The notes below the pieces were generated by a model. It ran no database searches. It saw only the letters and a list, made by a program, of their open reading frames with translations, and was not told the origin of the DNA. The translations under genes and the position numbers were made by a program. 64,000 nucleotides of DNA from Chamaesiphon sp. (lineage in GTDB: Bacteria; Cyanobacteriota; Cyanobacteriia; Cyanobacteriales; Chamaesiphonaceae). Each line of letters opens with the position of its first letter. Position 1 is the stretch's first letter. Location of the stretch: assembly GCA_965246715.1 (NCBI GenBank), contig CBDFFH010000043.1, forward strand, positions 64,001 to 128,000. The letters are read 5' to 3'. This document shows, piece after piece, positions 10,352-20,122 of this stretch.

Positions 10352-10398
10352 TCATAAACGATCGTGAATTTAATATCCAGTAATCTTTAATCTCTCTC

Positions 10399-12360
10399 AT
10401 GAATAGCATCCCCCCGCAATCCCAAGTTGACGACAAACAGGACTCAATATCTCGCAATCCATTGCAGCGCGTCAATACATTTGTCCGCGATAACTTAGTC
10501 AGCACGATTGTGGTGACGATTTCTGGGAGTTTGCTGCTGACTGGGGCATCAACGTGGAATATTTGGACTATCTACAACGGATTTCAATCGACAGTTGCCA
10601 AACAATTCGAGCTAGAAAAACTTAGTAAAGATCTCGTCTATCAGGATGAATTTCTCACGATGTCAGCGCGGATGCTCACGAGTACGGGGGATCTACAATG
10701 GGAAACTCGTTACAACAAAATGCTGCCAGTAACCGATGCAGCCCTTAAAAATCTCTTAGCTAATGTCAGTGTCGAACTCAGACAAGAGGCTGCCAAAAAT
10801 GATGCATCGGCAAGCAAGCTGGTGGCGATGGAAGATAAAGCTTTCAAATTGGTACATCAAGGCAAGCAAAAAGCAGCTTTTGAAATTCTCGCTGGCACAG
10901 AATATGCCACTCAGAAGAAGATCTTTAGTGAAGGTAACGACTTAGTTTTCGCCAAAATTGAGAAATCGATTCAGGCAGAACTCGATCGTTACCAGCAGCA
11001 GTTATCGATCGCGATTGTTAGTGCAATTACAACTTTACCGATCTTGATGGCTAGTTGGTTGTTGGTATTAACTGCAGTCCGCAGTTATATTCGCGATCGA
11101 CAGCTCGCGATCGTCGAAATCGAACAGTCACGATCGAATTTAGTCGATCTCAATGACGCTCTCGCCAAAGAATCTCAGATTCGGCAACAGCAGGAGCAGA
11201 TCGTGCGCGCAGAACGCGATGTCTTGCAACAAGATATCGGCCAATTATTAGATGTAGTCTGCGAGATCGAGTCTGGAGATTTTACCATCCAGGCTGAGGT
11301 AAACGATCGCGCTACCGGATTAGTGAGCGACACACTCAATCGCCTCGTAGAGGCATTGGGAGCGGTCATGTCTCAAGTATCGACGGGTGCTCGACAAGTC
11401 GCCCTCAACAGCACCCAGCAGGATAAGTTAGCTGCGGATGTCGCACGCAATACCAGCGCTCAAGCCTTATCGGTAAATCGAGTTTTAACTTTAACAGAAA
11501 CCGTTCGCACATCGGCAAATATTGCAGCAACTCAGTTAGCCGATACCGATCGATCGGTTGCCTCGCTCCAATCTGCCGTTACCGAAGGGGAAATCGCGAT
11601 CGAGTCACTCGATCGCGAAATCAATGTCTTACAGCAAGGTAGCGACCGGATCGTACAACAGATGAAAGCACTGGGCGAATTTGTCGGACTAGCCGACAAG
11701 TTCGTTTACGACCAAACTGATATTGCCACCCAGACGCAAGTATTGGCGCTCAATGCCTCGCTAGTTGCCGCCCGCGCCGCCGAACAGCGCGATCCCAAAC
11801 AGTTTGAAGCGGTTGCCCGCGAATTTGAATCAATCGCCTCTCAAGTCAGTCAATTAGCCCAACAAACCAATGAGGGTCTGACGAGTCTCGAGCAACGCAA
11901 CACCCAGATCGAGCGCGTCGTCTCTGATGTCGATGGCGAAGTCCAACGCTTGGGTGGCTTGGTAAATAGCTTTACACAAGGTGTTAAACAAACCCGTGAA
12001 GTCTTCGCTACCGTCCAATCGGTAACCGGAACGGTAGTTAAAGCTGGTGAAGTTGTCTCCCAAACCAGCCAAACAATTATCAGTTCTGCTGAATCTACCG
12101 CCCAATCGATCGCCGCAATTGCCACCTTATCCACCCAAATCGACGAGCAATCCCAATCAGCTCGATCGATTTCTACCGAGATGAGCGATTTATCAACCCG
12201 ACTCCTGAATACGATCCAAATCTTCAAATTACCCGCCGCTAGCCCCAGCGATCTAACTGCTGTTGCCGAGCTGGAACTTTTACCCTTAACTTCCGCAGCC
12301 GTTATTACGAACTTAGAAACTGAAGCTCCAGCTTTAGAGCACGATTATCAATTCAACTAA
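10399..12360 (+). CDS. Methyl-accepting chemotaxis protein 1
   Basis: Two TM segments flank a periplasmic helical domain. The MCP signalling tip reads TQVLALNASLVAARA. Confidence 0.92.
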   Translation: MNSIPPQSQVDDKQDSISRNPLQRVNTFVRDNLVSTIVVTISGSLLLTGASTWNIWTIYNGFQSTVAKQFELEKLSKDLVYQDEFLTMSARMLTSTGDLQWETRYNKMLPVTDAALKNLLANVSVELRQEAAKNDASASKLVAMEDKAFKLVHQGKQKAAFEILAGTEYATQKKIFSEGNDLVFAKIEKSIQAELDRYQQQLSIAIVSAITTLPILMASWLLVLTAVRSYIRDRQLAIVEIEQSRSNLVDLNDALAKESQIRQQQEQIVRAERDVLQQDIGQLLDVVCEIESGDFTIQAEVNDRATGLVSDTLNRLVEALGAVMSQVSTGARQVALNSTQQDKLAADVARNTSAQALSVNRVLTLTETVRTSANIAATQLADTDRSVASLQSAVTEGEIAIESLDREINVLQQGSDRIVQQMKALGEFVGLADKFVYDQTDIATQTQVLALNASLVAARAAEQRDPKQFEAVAREFESIASQVSQLAQQTNEGLTSLEQRNTQIERVVSDVDGEVQRLGGLVNSFTQGVKQTREVFATVQSVTGTVVKAGEVVSQTSQTIISSAESTAQSIAAIATLSTQIDEQSQSARSISTEMSDLSTRLLNTIQIFKLPAASPSDLTAVAELELLPLTSAAVITNLETEAPALEHDYQFN

Positions 12361-12395
12361 TACATAAATTGACTACTGACTAATCCCTATCCCCT

Positions 12396-14321
12396 ATGAA
12401 CGGTAACTCAATGCAAACCCAACCTAACGAAGGACAATCGCACAGCCCATTACAGGGATTACGGAAATTTGTTGGTGCTAACTTAGTCAGTACGATTACC
12501 GCCACGATCGTGGGCAGTTTATTACTGACAGGGATATCGACTTTTAATGTTTGGAGTATCTATAACGGCTTCCAATCGACGATCTCCAAACAGTTCGAGC
12601 TACGAAAAATTAGTGATACGTTGGTTTATCAGGATGAAGTGCTCACGATGTCTGCACGGATGCTTGTGAGTACAGGCGATTTGCAGTGGGAAACTCGTTA
12701 TGCAAAAATGGTTCCGGAAGCTGAAGCAACACTCAAAACTTTCAAAGCCAGTCTCTCGAAACAACTGTTACTAGATGCAGAGCAAGCTAATAGCACGTCT
12801 GAAAAATTGTTTGCCATTGAAACTAAAGCTTTTAAATTGGTCAAACAAGGTAAGCAAAAGGAAGCTTACCAATTACTAGTTGGTAATGAATACGAAATCC
12901 AAAAGAAAATCTATGGTGATGTAAACAACAAGGTTTTAGCCACAGTAGATAAATCGATCGAGCAAGAACTCAAAGATTATCAACAGCAGCTATTTATCTC
13001 GATCGCGTTTGCTGGAGTAACTTTACCCTTGTCGATCGGTAGTTGGTTATTAGTTTTATCGGCAGTTCGAGACTATATTCGCGATCGACAAGCAGCTCAA
13101 GCCGAGATCGTGGCATCTCAAGCGGATTTACTCCAGCTCAACACTCGACTATCTGAAGAAGCGGGATTTAGGGCGGCACAGGAGCAACAAGTTCGCACGG
13201 AAAGCGAACTGCTCCAAACGGATGTCGGGCATATTTTGGATGTAGTATGCTCGATCGAAGCAGGCGATCTCACCGTACAGGCGGACGTGAATGAGCGCGT
13301 GACGGGATTGGTATCCGATACGCTCAACCGATCGATCGAATCGCTCGATCGGATTATCTCAACGGTAGTAAATACCGCACGCAGCGTCACCGATAATGCC
13401 AGTCAACTCGAAGGTGTGGCACTGGAAACAGCCCAACAAGCCCAATCGCAGGCGATCGAAGTGCGATCGATCCAAGTCTTGATGGATAAAGTTAATACCC
13501 TGACCGCCGATTCGCGCCAGCAAGCGATCGAAACCGATGCTGTGGTGCAATTGTCAAAATCTGCCGTACTAGCTGGTCAACAGGCCATGCAAGATACTAC
13601 CGATGGGATCGCCACGCTCCAACAAGGTACCAACCAAATCGTCAAACGGACGGAACTACTAACTGAATTTGTGGACTTAGCCGCCCAATTTTCTAAAGAT
13701 CAAAAACGGGTAGCATCACTCACTCGCGTCCTCGCCCTCAACGCCTCCACCATCTCGACGCGGGCGATTAGAGAGCGAGATCCCGAACAATTTGCCAGCC
13801 TAGCCAAAGAGTTTGAAGCCATCGCCCGTCAAGTTAGCACGCTGGCGATGGATACCAATTCCAGTCTTGTTTCGCTCCAACAACGTACCGAACGAGTGCA
13901 AACTGTTACTTCTGGATTGACTCAGGATGTCGGCGAGATCGAGCAACTGGTGCAGAAATTTACTGGTGAGGTAAGTAAATCCCGCCAAGCATTTGACAAT
14001 ATTCAATCCGTTACCGATCGAGTCTCACTCATGGGCGAAAAAGTCAATGAGTCGAGCCAGGATATCGTCCAAGTTGTCAATGATACGCTCAAAGCCATTC
14101 AATCGATCGCTCAAATCGCTACAGTCACCGAGTCTAAAGCGACGATTACCCGCGAACGAGTTCAATCGATGGGTGACTTATCCCGCAAACTCTTAGAAAT
14201 GGTCGAATTCTTTAAGCTAACCGAAGCTAACTCGCCGCAACAACCGAACGGATTGCTGTCGCAGACAGCAATCGATCCAAGCCTTCACAGCCCAACAGAA
14301 CGCAATCTAATTAGCGTCTAA
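12396..14321 (+). CDS. Methyl-accepting chemotaxis protein 2 (paralog of MCP1)
   Basis: Same architecture as MCP1, with the tip TRVLALNASTISTRA. It shares long blocks with MCP1 (e.g. LVYQDE.LTMSARML.STGDLQWETRY). Confidence 0.92.
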   Translation: MNGNSMQTQPNEGQSHSPLQGLRKFVGANLVSTITATIVGSLLLTGISTFNVWSIYNGFQSTISKQFELRKISDTLVYQDEVLTMSARMLVSTGDLQWETRYAKMVPEAEATLKTFKASLSKQLLLDAEQANSTSEKLFAIETKAFKLVKQGKQKEAYQLLVGNEYEIQKKIYGDVNNKVLATVDKSIEQELKDYQQQLFISIAFAGVTLPLSIGSWLLVLSAVRDYIRDRQAAQAEIVASQADLLQLNTRLSEEAGFRAAQEQQVRTESELLQTDVGHILDVVCSIEAGDLTVQADVNERVTGLVSDTLNRSIESLDRIISTVVNTARSVTDNASQLEGVALETAQQAQSQAIEVRSIQVLMDKVNTLTADSRQQAIETDAVVQLSKSAVLAGQQAMQDTTDGIATLQQGTNQIVKRTELLTEFVDLAAQFSKDQKRVASLTRVLALNASTISTRAIRERDPEQFASLAKEFEAIARQVSTLAMDTNSSLVSLQQRTERVQTVTSGLTQDVGEIEQLVQKFTGEVSKSRQAFDNIQSVTDRVSLMGEKVNESSQDIVQVVNDTLKAIQSIAQIATVTESKATITRERVQSMGDLSRKLLEMVEFFKLTEANSPQQPNGLLSQTAIDPSLHSPTERNLISV

Positions 14322-14453
14322 CACATAACATGGTAATCCGCTCAAACCTAGATGGTGGGCAGTGCCCACCCTACTAATTTAGCTATTTATAACTTCACAG
14401 CCCAACAGAACGCAATCTAGTTAGCGTCGAACACATAACATAGTAATCCGCTC
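14283..14453. repeat. 61-bp direct duplication (14283-14343 and 14393-14453) flanking a REP-like hairpin
   Basis: CTTCACAGCCCAACAGAACGCAATCTA...GTAATCCGCTC occurs twice with 3 mismatches. GGTGGGCAGTGCCCACCCTAC lies between the copies. Confidence 0.9.
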
Positions 14454-14493
14454 TAAAGCCTAAAGCCTAACCCCTATCCCCTATCCCCTAACT
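14454..14493 (+). repeat. Heptameric short tandem repeats (STRR-like)
   Basis: TAAAGCC TAAAGCC TAACCCC TATCCCC TATCCCC immediately before cheA. Confidence 0.7.
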
Positions 14494-17400
14494 ATGCCCT
14501 ATCCCTCAGACATGGATGCCGCCGAAGCCGAGTTGCAGCAAGAGTTGCGCGAAATGTTTGCGGTAGATACCCAACAACAATTAGAAACTTTTTTTAGCAC
14601 GATCGAGCATCTGAACGAACGATCGTGGCAACAAGATATTCAAGAAATTTATCGCGCCATCCATACGATTAAAGGTGGTGCGGTCACTGTCGCCGCCGAT
14701 GCGATGTTACATGCCGCGATCGTCTTAGAGGATATCCTTTCCGATCTCCGCTATCTAGAACAAGCTCCACCGTTAGCTGATGGTCAGTTACGGCGTATCC
14801 TGCTCGAAGCTGGAGAACTGCTCGATAGTAGTATTGAGATTACCGATCGCGGCACTGTCGCGATCGAGCTAGTCCAGCCCACAGTGCGCCGGTTGACCGA
14901 ACTGCGCGAGTCGATCGATCGACTCTACTTATCAGAATGGGATGAAAGCAGGCAGTTACACCAGGAATTTGCCGAGCAGGGTTTCGAGCTGGTGATCTTG
15001 CAACTGGAGATGGCGTTGGCACAGCTACCAATTGGCATCGTTCCAGCACCGACAATCGAGATCGCGCGCGCCACGGTCGTTCAACTAACTCAAATCGGTA
15101 ACGATATCGAACTAGCGGACGGTTGGAATATCGTCCTCGCAAGCTGCATCCAACTAATTGAAAAACCCGACAGTCAATTATGGCAGTCGCTTTGGTTTGA
15201 ATATTTTCAAATCTTAAAAACCTGTATCAAACATAGCGGTCAGCTAACTTCGATCGAGAGCGATAAATTAGATGTATTATTGCAAGAGTCATCATCGATC
15301 GCCAGCGCTCTAAATTTTGATAAAACTTTAATTTGCTCGGATCTAGAACTTGATTTCGACGCAACATTAATTCAAGCTGATATCGAGGGTACACATGAGT
15401 GCCTGGAGCGACAAGGCGGAGAATTACCAGATTTACTAGATCGCTTTTTTGAAGATGAAGCGATCGACTTTGAGCCGCTCGATGATTTGGCAACTTTAGA
15501 GCAGGAGACCTTAACCCCTGTCACTAGTGAATTTGATGACTCGATCGATGACTTACCAGATTTACTCGATGACTTCTTTCTCGACACAGATCTCCACCTA
15601 TTACCACTCGATCGATCGGAAATTTGTGCGGACAATCTAGCACATGAGTTGGCTACTGATGTTAGTATCGATCTTACCGATCTCCTCGATGATTTCTTTG
15701 TTGAAGCGGAACAGTCGCCGATCGCGGCGACATTAGAAGATCAACTACCTGAAGATGGATTAAATATCGAGATCGCGCCCACTGAATCCGATCGATCCGA
15801 GCGCGACATTAGAAATTTATTCGATGATTTATTTAGTGAAACAGACATCGAATCGAGCGCTAATACATCGCAACCAACCGAAGTTGCCGAGGATGAAATC
15901 GCACCCATATCGATCGTCGCGATGCCACAATCGCCTGAAGTTGCCAAACGCAGCATTCAAATCCCCGTTTCCCTCGAACGCCTCGACAAATCCGCCCAAC
16001 AAGTTGTCGATACGCTCCTAACAGCACGGGCGGTAACGAACGTCTCCAACCAACTGCAAGCCCAACTCAACCAACTCACCAGTCTCACCCAAGAAAGCGC
16101 CCAGTATGTTACGCGGCTGCGCCAACTCCAAGATGACTACGCCTTACTTCGCAACCTCAGCGACGATCGCGATTCGGGGAGTAATGTCACCCTCGAACGC
16201 TATCGACAAGGCTATACCACCATCAATCGCTTACTCGAAAACATCTTACGGATGTCTGAATTGGGGCAAGAAATCGAGACCGCCACTTATCAAAGCTCCA
16301 ATCGGCTAGAAGCACTCGATCGCAGTATTTTACGGCTCAAAGATGGGATCGAAACCAGCAGACTGATACCATTTCGGAACTTAACGCAGCGAGCAAAAGC
16401 GATTTTACGCGATCTGACCAATCGTTATGGTAAGCCAGCCGAACTCATCGTTCAGAACGAACGCGTCGAACTCGATGCTGGGATCGTGCAGCAATTGGAG
16501 CCAGTCTTGTTACACCTGCTGCGAAATGCTTACGATCATGGCTTAGAACCTATACAACAACGCGTAGCCGCCGGAAAATCCGCCCAAGGTAAGATTCAAG
16601 TCTCGATCGAACGGCTCGGCAATCGCTATCGCCTCATCGTCGCCGATGATGGTGGTGGGATCGATCCGACGCGCATCGCGGAGATCGCCCGATCGAAAGG
16701 CTTCCCACTCCAGCAAACGACTACTAATGCCGAACTGTTAGCCGTGCTCTGTCAGCCGGGATTTAGCTCTAGCAGTGCTGTCAGCGAAGTTTCTGGACGC
16801 GGCGTAGGCATGGATGTCGTCGTCACCCAAATTGCCAGTATCGGCGGCAGCTTGACCCTAGATACTCATAGCGGTCGGGGTACTACATTCGCGATCGAAG
16901 TTCCCGCACCACAATTATTAGTGCCTTGCATTCTCGTCCGCGTCGGCGAACGGATTGTCGCACTCCCCAGCGACGAAGTACTCGAAACCACACTCCTGAG
17001 TGCGATGGCTCCTCAGTTTACTCGCACTAACGATCTGGAGCTGTGTAATTGGACGCTTACAACAAACGAAAGTCAAGTCGCTGGCTACGATCTCGATAAT
17101 TATTGGCAACCAGCGCGGGCGAGCGAGGATAAGCTCGTCCAGCGTGCGTTCCCAGAGACGGCAATTTGTATTCGGACTCGCCAAGCCGATGGTACTCCAG
17201 AAATTTGGTCGATTGCCGACGATCTCATCGGCCAATCCGAACTGCTGATTAATCCCCTCCCCCAGCCGCTGATCGCCCCTGTAGGACTCTTGGGTGTCAG
17301 CCTCCAACCGGATGGTCGCTTGATTTCGATCCTCGATCCGATCGCACTCACGATCGCCATCGCCACCGCTCCTAGTCGATCTCAGAGCGCTAATTCAGCG

Positions 17401-17841
17401 ACAGTTGCCGCACAAACCCCTGCCGTTGGCGGAGCGGCCTACGACGAACAACGAGCCAAATCTACCGCACCCACCATCCTCGTCGTCGATGATGCCGCAA
17501 TGATGCGCCGCCGCTTTGAAGCCAGTCTGAATAACCACGGATTTATCGTCCATACCTGCAACGATGGCTTGGAAGCATTGAATTGGTTGCAAAACCATCC
17601 TCAACCAGATTTGATGATTACCGATGTAGAAATGCCCAATATGGATGGGTTCACGCTAATCGATCGCTGTCGTCAAGCAGACATCGCCATACCGATCCTC
17701 GTAGTTTCCTCCCGATTGTCTGAAGAGTGGGGCAAAGAAGCACGTCGCTTGGGCGCTACAGATTATCTCAACAAAGGTTTCTCGACTGCAGAATTGCTGC
17801 AGAAAGTGAATTCATTGTTGGAATTATTCACTAGTGGCTAG
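14494..17841 (+). CDS. cheA: CheA-like hybrid histidine kinase (Hpt, acidic linker, dimerisation, HATPase, CheW, REC)
   Basis: Hpt RAIHTIKGGA; HLLRNAYDHGLE; DDGGGID; SGRGVGMDVV; C-terminal REC (LVVDD, ITDVEMP). Confidence 0.95.
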   Translation: MPYPSDMDAAEAELQQELREMFAVDTQQQLETFFSTIEHLNERSWQQDIQEIYRAIHTIKGGAVTVAADAMLHAAIVLEDILSDLRYLEQAPPLADGQLRRILLEAGELLDSSIEITDRGTVAIELVQPTVRRLTELRESIDRLYLSEWDESRQLHQEFAEQGFELVILQLEMALAQLPIGIVPAPTIEIARATVVQLTQIGNDIELADGWNIVLASCIQLIEKPDSQLWQSLWFEYFQILKTCIKHSGQLTSIESDKLDVLLQESSSIASALNFDKTLICSDLELDFDATLIQADIEGTHECLERQGGELPDLLDRFFEDEAIDFEPLDDLATLEQETLTPVTSEFDDSIDDLPDLLDDFFLDTDLHLLPLDRSEICADNLAHELATDVSIDLTDLLDDFFVEAEQSPIAATLEDQLPEDGLNIEIAPTESDRSERDIRNLFDDLFSETDIESSANTSQPTEVAEDEIAPISIVAMPQSPEVAKRSIQIPVSLERLDKSAQQVVDTLLTARAVTNVSNQLQAQLNQLTSLTQESAQYVTRLRQLQDDYALLRNLSDDRDSGSNVTLERYRQGYTTINRLLENILRMSELGQEIETATYQSSNRLEALDRSILRLKDGIETSRLIPFRNLTQRAKAILRDLTNRYGKPAELIVQNERVELDAGIVQQLEPVLLHLLRNAYDHGLEPIQQRVAAGKSAQGKIQVSIERLGNRYRLIVADDGGGIDPTRIAEIARSKGFPLQQTTTNAELLAVLCQPGFSSSSAVSEVSGRGVGMDVVVTQIASIGGSLTLDTHSGRGTTFAIEVPAPQLLVPCILVRVGERIVALPSDEVLETTLLSAMAPQFTRTNDLELCNWTLTTNESQVAGYDLDNYWQPARASEDKLVQRAFPETAICIRTRQADGTPEIWSIADDLIGQSELLINPLPQPLIAPVGLLGVSLQPDGRLISILDPIALTIAIATAPSRSQSANSATVAAQTPAVGGAAYDEQRAKSTAPTILVVDDAAMMRRRFEASLNNHGFIVHTCNDGLEALNWLQNHPQPDLMITDVEMPNMDGFTLIDRCRQADIAIPILVVSSRLSEEWGKEARRLGATDYLNKGFSTAELLQKVNSLLELFTSG

Positions 17842-17854
17842 CGACCAGAACAAA

Positions 17855-17883
17855 AGAGGGGTGATTCAGTGAATCGCCCCTCT
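17855..17883. terminator. Hairpin between convergent cheA and purF (probable terminator)
   Basis: AGAGGGGTGATTC-AGT-GAATCGCCCCTCT. Confidence 0.6.
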
Positions 17884-17897
17884 GTTCATAATTTATC

Positions 17898-19376
17898 TTA
17901 TCCTCTGGCCCCTGTCTCCAGCATCAATTTCGACTTTTTCACTCCATCGGGAATGTCTACGGGATAATCGCCTGTAAAACAAGCCGAACAGAAATTATTG
18001 GGGTCGCGCTCGGTAGCTGTTAACATTCCTTCCCAGGATAGATAAGCGAGCGTATCGACACCGATTTGCTCGGCGATCTCCGCTACGGATTTAGTTGCGG
18101 CAATGAGTTGATCCTGCGTATCGGTATCGATGCCATAAAAGCAAGGATGCGTCACTGGTGGCGACGAAATCCGCATGTGTATTTCGGTGGCCCCAGCATC
18201 CCGCAATGCTTTGACCAATTTACGACTGGTAGTACCCCGGACGATCGAGTCATCGATCACGATTACCCGTTTTCCTTTCAAGACATCGCGTAGCGGATTC
18301 AATTTCATCCGAATTCCGGCTTCGCGCATTTCCTGGGTGGGTTGAATGAATGTCCGCCCGACGTAACGATTTTTGATCAGACCTTCAGCATAGGGAATTT
18401 TTGATGCCTCTGAAAAACCGATCGCCGCAGGTATGCCCGAATCTGGTACGCCAATGACGATATCCGCCTCGTGGAATGATTCTTTGGCTAATTGTTTACC
18501 CAATCGCATCCGATAGCTATATAAGCTCTCCTCATTGACCCAGCTATCGGGGCGAGCAAAATAAATCATCTCAAAGATGCATAGTTTCGGCTGCGCTTTG
18601 GGTGCCCAGTCGATCGCCACGATCCCATCAGCATCGATCCACAATAGTTCGCCCGGCTTGACATCGCGTTCGTAGTCTGCTCCGATAATATCTAATGCAC
18701 AGGTCTCTGACGCGACCACATAATGACTCACATGGTCGGGCATAATCCCTAATACTAGTGGGCGAATGCCATTGGGATCGCGCACTGCCATAATGCCATC
18801 GGCGGTAGCAATTGTTAGACTAAACGCCCCTTTACACAGCTTACAGGCAGCGATCGTGGCTTCGATCCACCCTTTCCCGGTATTAACTTCTTCGGCAATG
18901 GCGATCGCAATCGCTTCTGAGTCGGTAGTCGTGTTGAGTTCGCACCCCTGCGCGACTAAATAGTCGCGCAGTTCGGTAGTGTTGACGAGATTGCCATTGT
19001 GTGCTAGTGCTAGTTGACCCAATCGCGTCTCGACGATCGCGGGTTGAGCATTGCAGCGCCGACTCGATCCGGTGGTCGAATAACGCGTGTGTCCGATCGC
19101 TAGCTGCCCAGGCAACCCCTCTAAAGTCTGGGGGCTAAACACCTGAGACACCAGCCCCATATCGCGATGTTCGTGTAGCTGCCTGCCATCAAAAGTGGCA
19201 ATTCCGGCAGATTCTTGGCCGCGATGTTGCAATGCGTACAAGCCAAAATAGGCCAGCTTTGCGACCTCTTGACCCGGCGCATAGATTCCAAACACGCCAC
19301 AGGCTTCTTCGGGTTTATCGACAGCGTTATCGTTATCGGCAGACAGATCGAGGGGTAAGTCGCAATCGGGAATCAT
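17898..19376 (-). CDS. purF: Amidophosphoribosyltransferase
   Basis: EEACGVFG, QHRGQESAGI, DDSIVRGTTS, CFYGID and CSACFTG. Confidence 0.98.
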   Translation of the reverse strand: MIPDCDLPLDLSADNDNAVDKPEEACGVFGIYAPGQEVAKLAYFGLYALQHRGQESAGIATFDGRQLHEHRDMGLVSQVFSPQTLEGLPGQLAIGHTRYSTTGSSRRCNAQPAIVETRLGQLALAHNGNLVNTTELRDYLVAQGCELNTTTDSEAIAIAIAEEVNTGKGWIEATIAACKLCKGAFSLTIATADGIMAVRDPNGIRPLVLGIMPDHVSHYVVASETCALDIIGADYERDVKPGELLWIDADGIVAIDWAPKAQPKLCIFEMIYFARPDSWVNEESLYSYRMRLGKQLAKESFHEADIVIGVPDSGIPAAIGFSEASKIPYAEGLIKNRYVGRTFIQPTQEMREAGIRMKLNPLRDVLKGKRVIVIDDSIVRGTTSRKLVKALRDAGATEIHMRISSPPVTHPCFYGIDTDTQDQLIAATKSVAEIAEQIGVDTLAYLSWEGMLTATERDPNNFCSACFTGDYPVDIPDGVKKSKLMLETGARG

Positions 19377-20122
19377 GGACGGTTAAGGTGGCGAAGGGTG
19401 GCTAAAATCATTGACTGGGGCGATGCTTTTTTGGATTACTTGAATAGATAAAAGTCTTAGTGTTATCTACTACTATGAGTTAGAAGCTATAGCATAACGC
19501 ATGTCTGTAGATAAACCTACACTGTCGATCGGTCGATCTCCGAACCCATAAATTTCGGTCGATTTTCATCGACCAAGCTTCGGTCAGGCACAGTTCGATC
19601 GATCCCAAATAAGTATTGTTGTCTTCAGCAACACTTACTAAAGTTAGCCAATTGCGACAGCCAGCTATTTACTTCAGCCTCGAAAATATAAAATACTTAA
19701 GAAATGCTTAACAATTCCTTAACAATAACATGAAATCTACCGCACCGGAATAGTCGATCGGGATGCCACTAAGATCTGCTGTAGTTACTTGCTCTACCTT
19801 ACAGTTTATGCCATTATTAGCGTGCAGTTAAATCCGATTGTCAGCAACTTTTGCTGCTACAGATGAATTCACTAACTCTCTCGATCTTGATTGGGAAAAG
19901 CACCCGATGCTGGTGTTCGCGTTGGCGAAGCCGCTGCCCGTGCAGAAGCGTTGGCATTGGCAAAAGCCGCTGCTAAGGAACTTAAGCCAGACCCGGATCG
20001 GATGCTCGGAAGGAGAATTGTCAGGCTCTATCCACGATGATACCCTATTAAACTATCGAGATCGGAACGCCTCACCCGATTGCCAATAACCGATCTCCGC
20101 ACCACCATAACCGCTAACTGTA

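Noticed and set aside
14283..14453. Possible mini-CRISPR (repeat-spacer-repeat)
   Set aside because: There are only two 61-bp units, the first overlaps a coding 3' end, the spacer is a REP hairpin, and no cas genes are present.
19838..20089. 83-aa ORF upstream of the WD40 gene
   Set aside because: It has a TTG start and no recognisable motif, and its centre consists of stacked small dispersed repeats.
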